Source: a virus. From it: 44,773 nucleotides of DNA. Each line of letters starts with the position of its first letter. Position 1 is the stretch's first letter. The position numbers and the translations under genes were made by a program. Below, piece by piece: positions 40,421 to 44,773 of this stretch. The notes below the pieces were generated by a model. It was not told where the DNA came from. It did no database searches and saw only the letters and a program-made list of their open reading frames with translations. The stretch lies in the IMG/VR virus record IMGVR_UViG_3300024992_000010. One strand, 5' to 3'.

Positions 40421-41779
40421 TCATCTGTTTGTTATATCCGTCGCGCTCTCACCCTTGCGCCCATTGCCTGGCGTGATGCTCATCCGCGGGGGATTGGCAC
40501 CACCCCCCGCGTCGGGGTATGGATCATAGTTTTTGGCTTCCGACTTCCGGCGCTGCTCTACATATGCGGGGTCATACCCGAGTTCTTCCCACACCATTCC
40601 TTGAGGCAATCCCAGGGCTTTCAGTTTCAGGCCGCGATCTGTCGTCTGAGTGGCCGTCTCTGTACGCCGCTCGGCGAAGGTGATGGTGAAATCCTCAGCA
40701 TCGGGATTGATGCCTTTCAGCAGCAGGTGCAGCCGGAAGCCGGCCTCGTATCCGAAAGAAAGGGTATCCTGGAGAACATCCACCTCATCATAGTAATCTC
40801 GCTTCAGATCCTCGAGGATGTCGCGGGCAAGACCATCGGTATAACCCATCATGCCCTTGGGCAACGGCGATCCGGAAAAAAATGTATCCAGGAGATGCAC
40901 TATGTCGCGGATATGGTCCAGATTCACGTCCCCTTGCACAGCCGATACGCCGCCTTCCTTGTTCATGTAATAGTCGGTCGTGATCTCGTGCTGATCCTTT
41001 TCCACCTGGGCGCGGTACTTCTCGATATCCTCCTCGGTCGCACCTTTCAGCACATGCGCCAGCCGTAGCGGGGCGCGGGTGCGGCGCCGTATGACCAGGT
41101 CTTCTTCGGTCATGGTGAGTTTGCGCCAGGTGGTGCGCGTCGCATCCATGAAGGGGCGACCAAGACTACCCAGGTCGTCGAAATTATCGGGATCGAAACG
41201 CGCGTGGAACAATTGCCAAAGCGGAAAGGTTGCCAGCTCCGTTCCGGTCATGACGTCGAACTGGATATAGGCTTTGGTCACATCCTTGAACCGTCCGGAT
41301 TCATTGATATTCGGCAAGATAGTTTCGGAAGGCATGCGCACACCCGATACCACATTAAATCCTGAGTCCAGGACCCACTGAATCGGCAGATTTCCTTCCA
41401 TTACCAGGCCGCGCGCGTCGGACTTGAGCTTTTCCACGCGATCCAGCTGCAGGCGGCGCTGGAAATCATCCCATTGCCGAGACAAGATATCGCTTGATTG
41501 CGCCTGCTGCATGATGAGCCCGCCCTTGATGGTGTCGCGGGCAATGCGGCTGTGTATCCGCTTGACCCGCCCATCCAGGCGGTCCATCTCCCGCACGTCC
41601 AGGATAGCCTGGCGCAGATCTGGATCCACCCACATGAGGCGGTAAAGGTATTTGATCTGATCTTCCGGAGTTGGCCTCCGCCCTATCTCGGATGTCGCTC
41701 CGGATTGAGCCGCATTTTCTTGCGGTAATCCTGGATCCTGCTTCACCAGTTTCGGAAACCACCGCTGCAGCAGATTCAT
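40421..41779 (-). CDS. Portal protein
   Basis: 452 aa. Sits after TerL. Size and composition fit a portal. ATGA overlap upstream. Confidence 0.7.
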   Translation of the reverse strand: MNLLQRWFPKLVKQDPGLPQENAAQSGATSEIGRRPTPEDQIKYLYRLMWVDPDLRQAILDVREMDRLDGRVKRIHSRIARDTIKGGLIMQQAQSSDILSRQWDDFQRRLQLDRVEKLKSDARGLVMEGNLPIQWVLDSGFNVVSGVRMPSETILPNINESGRFKDVTKAYIQFDVMTGTELATFPLWQLFHARFDPDNFDDLGSLGRPFMDATRTTWRKLTMTEEDLVIRRRTRAPLRLAHVLKGATEEDIEKYRAQVEKDQHEITTDYYMNKEGGVSAVQGDVNLDHIRDIVHLLDTFFSGSPLPKGMMGYTDGLARDILEDLKRDYYDEVDVLQDTLSFGYEAGFRLHLLLKGINPDAEDFTITFAERRTETATQTTDRGLKLKALGLPQGMVWEELGYDPAYVEQRRKSEAKNYDPYPDAGGGANPPRMSITPGNGRKGESATDITNR

Positions 41780-42033
41780 GGCAAATCCTTTTTAAATATT
41801 TTCACGGTTCTGACATTCCGCCAACCATCTATCAGGCCCAGTTCCACCAGTTCCTTTATTTCGGGCACCAGCTCCGGCATATGCGTCATCACCAGCTGCC
41901 TTTTTTCTGCGACGCGCGCCTGATCGATGTCGCTCAGCGGCTGTAATACGCGTGGTGCAGGTGTATTGCTTTCAACTGGTACAGGATTTTTTATGCGTGA
42001 TTCCCTGCCGGTTGCTCGAGCATATTCATTCAT
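41776..42033 (-). CDS. Hypothetical small protein between TerL and the portal
   Basis: The ATG at 42033 forms an ATGA overlap with the TerL stop. 85 aa. Confidence 0.45.
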   Translation of the reverse strand: MNEYARATGRESRIKNPVPVESNTPAPRVLQPLSDIDQARVAEKRQLVMTHMPELVPEIKELVELGLIDGWRNVRTVKIFKKDLP

Positions 42034-43682
42034 ACCGATGCCTCCATCATGTTGCCGGGCTCGGGAACACGATCGCCCAACAGTTGCCCCCGAGATTGGG
42101 TGCGGTACCCGATTACCGCCGGCACATCTTCCGCGCCATGAGTCACCAGTGCCCACACGCTGGCGCAGGCCGCGTCGAACAGGTCATCTCCCAGTTTGGC
42201 GTTCGCCATTTTGTAACTGGCATAACTCGCCTTAGTGGCCACAGCCTTGATATTCCCCAGTTGCCGCACGAACGCCACCCAATCTGGTGATCCAGATACC
42301 GCGGCTGCGGGGGGTAGCCAAGTAGTGTTAGCGGCCTCTTTGGCTTCCGCGATATCGCGGCTATCATCGAAATAGGGGATTGCCGCCTGGCCGTTGTGGA
42401 ACGTGGCCCGCAGCGCCGTAGCCATGCCATGCTTGATCATGCCTTCGAAGCGAATGGGGGAGAACGGCCATCCGGTCCAGGCGGTTGCAGTACTCTGCCC
42501 ATCGCTGATCGTGCGGCGATCGATATCCGTAAGTCCGCGGGAGAATAAGCGATCGTTCAAGCTGGTAAGCATTCCCAGGCCATATGCATCTCCCATGGCG
42601 TAATCCGGACGGAAATAGTCCCATAGCCCCAGGAGGTCCATTTCTACCACCTTGTCATCCGCGCCGGCTGGCCAGCTTTTTACGAATGGGAACGTCACGT
42701 AGTTGCCGATCTGTTCGGAAACCACCAACGCCGATTTCGAGGCCGTGAGGCTCTCTCCATGCCCGCTGTGATCGTAGCCAAACGCCAGTAACCCGCGCTT
42801 CTTGTAGCGCCCGCCTGGCATAGGCTCGGCGATTTGCATACGCGCCTGCAGGCCAACGGAAATAGCCTTGCGAATGAATTTTTCCCAGATGTGGTTTTGC
42901 GCTGAGACGTTCTTGCACAGGAATTGGCGGATGAACTCTCCCTCCGGCAGCTGGGCGCGCATTTCCAGCATGAATGCCTGGTTGAGTATTCCCATTTCCA
43001 TGCCCAGGTAGACATTAACGATCGGCAACAGGTGATATTGCTTGGAGTCGATCAACTGCTGGAGCACGTCGGCTCCCTTGAAAACGCCTGTTACCCGGAT
43101 CTGCGGCTTGAATGAGATGGCTTTATCGGCTCCCATCCGCCGGGCGCCGCCCAGCATTGGCAGGAACCGGGAAAGCAGCCTGTCTGCCGGCATGTCGTCG
43201 ATCTCCTCGATAGAGGCGTAGCTGATCGCATCGCCGTCAATCTGGCTCATGATCCCGTAGGCACTGGCCTTGCTGCCGTTTACAAACTGATATTTTGTGT
43301 CGGAGAGCTGCTCGCGGCCGCTTTTGTGGACGATATAACCTCGCAGCATCGGCGATCGCCGGATGGCGTCAGTGTGGTAATTCAGGTTGGCCTGCGCCTG
43401 CTGCAGCCGCGGCGCCACAATGCCTAGCTCCTGGGATGCCATGGTCGCGTTATGTTTGAGCGCGTGAAGCTCTTTTACTGCAGTTTTTCCGGTGCGCCGG
43501 CAGGAAACGTCGATGGTGTTGGGATTTGCATCCATCTCCAGGCATTTCAGAACCTGCACCGGGTCGAGTTCGACGTTATGCACATGCTTGTGCCATAACG
43601 CGTGATCATCCTTGTAGCGCAATAGCTCCTGCTCAGCGCGGTATGCGACGCGCGCTCGTTCGCTGGAACTGACGCGAATCAC
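42030..43682 (-). CDS. terL: Terminase large subunit
   Basis: 550 aa. Walker-A-like SCRRTGKTAV. Position and size fit TerL. The GTG start overlaps the upstream stop (GTGA). Confidence 0.75.
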   Translation of the reverse strand: MIRVSSSERARVAYRAEQELLRYKDDHALWHKHVHNVELDPVQVLKCLEMDANPNTIDVSCRRTGKTAVKELHALKHNATMASQELGIVAPRLQQAQANLNYHTDAIRRSPMLRGYIVHKSGREQLSDTKYQFVNGSKASAYGIMSQIDGDAISYASIEEIDDMPADRLLSRFLPMLGGARRMGADKAISFKPQIRVTGVFKGADVLQQLIDSKQYHLLPIVNVYLGMEMGILNQAFMLEMRAQLPEGEFIRQFLCKNVSAQNHIWEKFIRKAISVGLQARMQIAEPMPGGRYKKRGLLAFGYDHSGHGESLTASKSALVVSEQIGNYVTFPFVKSWPAGADDKVVEMDLLGLWDYFRPDYAMGDAYGLGMLTSLNDRLFSRGLTDIDRRTISDGQSTATAWTGWPFSPIRFEGMIKHGMATALRATFHNGQAAIPYFDDSRDIAEAKEAANTTWLPPAAAVSGSPDWVAFVRQLGNIKAVATKASYASYKMANAKLGDDLFDAACASVWALVTHGAEDVPAVIGYRTQSRGQLLGDRVPEPGNMMEASV

Positions 43683-44629
43683 CGTTGGCCGCCGCTTTCC
43701 TGCTGATACTCGACCAGGATAGGATCGGTATCGGTCTGTTTATTGGCTCGCATGACTTTTTCGGCCATCGACTCGAGTATCTGCATGGTGCGTTGCCGGT
43801 AAGCATCCACACCCTCCCGGGATTCCTGTTCATGGGCAAGGCGGCCTACCTCCTGGTCTTCAGACTCGATAACTTTCTGGGTCATCCCCATATCAGCCAG
43901 GGACAGATTGGCGCGGGTGAGCAACTCGCCGAGAGGCCGAAATAAAGGGTGAGCGGATATATCCTTGATGATTTTGCGATCGCCATGCTCATCAATGTAT
44001 TCCGCGATCACTAATCTCTGGCTTTCCTTATCTATGTACCATTGCGGGGCCTCGATCTTTACGCCATCCCCTACAATCGTTTGGATAATCTGCTGCACCA
44101 CGGCCAGGACCGACGCCTGAAGATCGGAATAAATACCCATCAAATGCTTGGGATTGCGCTGCTCGAAGGCGGCGTGATGCAGCATGAACAATTCAGTTTT
44201 TTTAACGCAAGCAGGCTGCGAGGCACAAAAAATGCGATTGACATCGCACGTCACGCAAAAGGCGTAACCATCAGGCTTGGCAGGGAAATAAGTTGCGGTG
44301 CGGGCCGATAGCCCATGTTTCATCGCGTTGAAGCGCGTGCGCTGTGATTCTTCTTTGGTAGGATGCCCTTCCAGGTTAGCGGCTGTTGCCGCCTTCCCTT
44401 CTTCCGTACGTGGGCCGGTGGCATTCGCCCAGGCCTTCATCAGGCCCTTTTCCCAACCCACCTGCTCGCATTCCGTGCCGCAATGCGGGCACTCGCCGTG
44501 ATAGGTGAAAGGGTGATGTGTCAGATCAGGAGTATCTTCAATACGTGACGGCTCAGCCTTGAACGTGCGATAGCACGGCGAGCAGTAAAAGGTAATCTCT
44601 GAAAGGGGCTTGGAGCGGTCTATAGCCAT
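43679..44629 (-). CDS. Zinc-ribbon protein at the head of the packaging module (small terminase candidate by position)
   Basis: 316 aa. CSPC...CPHC, and further CVTC...C. NAMKHGLSA motif. Acidic coiled-coil C-terminus. No Shine-Dalgarno. Confidence 0.35.
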   Translation of the reverse strand: MAIDRSKPLSEITFYCSPCYRTFKAEPSRIEDTPDLTHHPFTYHGECPHCGTECEQVGWEKGLMKAWANATGPRTEEGKAATAANLEGHPTKEESQRTRFNAMKHGLSARTATYFPAKPDGYAFCVTCDVNRIFCASQPACVKKTELFMLHHAAFEQRNPKHLMGIYSDLQASVLAVVQQIIQTIVGDGVKIEAPQWYIDKESQRLVIAEYIDEHGDRKIIKDISAHPLFRPLGELLTRANLSLADMGMTQKVIESEDQEVGRLAHEQESREGVDAYRQRTMQILESMAEKVMRANKQTDTDPILVEYQQESGGQR

Positions 44630-44646
44630 GGTGCGCAGTATTGCGT

Positions 44647-44773
44647 ATCACGGCAAGCCAGAAACAGGGAGGATTGCGGCGTTCAATCGTTACGCCGCGC
44701 GCTTTAGAAAGCGGGATGGAAACTCAATTTCGAGATAAATGGTTCGTAGTGAGACCTGGTCGGGGAGCCATCC
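44647..44773. repeat. Second copy of the 127-nt terminal overlap
   Basis: Identical to nt 1-127 by direct comparison. Confidence 0.95.
44655..44681 (-). promoter_or_regulatory. Conserved intergenic element, copy A (also present as nt 9-35)
   Basis: Identical 27-mer to copy B. It lies in the 60-nt gap between the serine recombinase stop and the ATG at 44629. Confidence 0.55.

Noticed and set aside
44655-44681. Sigma-54 (-24/-12) reading of TGGC...TTGC within the repeated element.
   Set aside because: The GG and GC dinucleotides are only about 4 nt apart instead of the required ~10, and copy C lacks them.
1-44773. tRNA or other structured RNA genes.
   Set aside because: I found no T-arm/GTTCGAATC-like signatures or cloverleaf-compatible segments by eye in the few non-coding gaps. 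A tRNAscan or Infernal run would be needed to exclude them formally.

Overview
The window looks like a complete, circularly closed genome of a temperate tailed phage, or a phage-plasmid-like element. Nt 1-127 are identical to nt 44647-44773, so the unique length is 44,646 bp. All family names below come from motifs I recognise by eye in the supplied translations. No database or HMM search was run.

Almost all genes are on the minus strand, and many are joined by ATGA/GTGA/TGATG stop-start overlaps. Only a CI-like repressor and a lipoprotein gene are on the plus strand.

Reading the minus strand from 44629 downward, the late region contains:
- a zinc-ribbon TerS candidate, TerL, a small ORF and the portal
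- a 166-aa ORF and a beta-helix enzyme
- a Mu-F-like head morphogenesis protein and an internally duplicated small protein, followed by a strong terminator
- a protease/scaffold/capsid fusion and two small head-proximal ORFs
- a lysis-like cluster (TM/coiled-coil protein, lipoprotein, SAR endolysin) and a 221-aa unknown
- a 127/868/93-aa cassette and a Dam-type methyltransferase
- an HK97 gp10-like protein, a neck protein and an embedded Rz/Rz1-like spanin pair
- the major tail protein, the G/G-T chaperone with a -1 frameshift and a DUF2829 (Tad2-family) gene
- the tape measure, lambda M/L/K-like proteins, an I-J fusion, a tail fibre and accessory genes

The early region runs from the cro-like gene at 12622 down to 44. 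It contains:
- Cro-like and CII-like regulators
- a catalytic-domain-only tyrosine recombinase and many small ORFs
- a Toprim primase/P-loop helicase and an iteron origin
- a second Dam-type methyltransferase
- a XerC/D-like tyrosine recombinase, a Mor-like regulator and a large serine recombinase

The observations I rate highest:
1. A conserved intergenic element occurs three times, at the heads of three virion-gene blocks. Its fixed geometry suggests activator-dependent late promoters, and for two of the three copies near-leaderless mRNAs.
2. A Tad2-family gene is wedged between G-T and the tape measure.
3. Lysis functions are split and partly duplicated inside the structural operon.
4. There are three recombinases from two families.
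5. There is a plasmid-like iteron origin.
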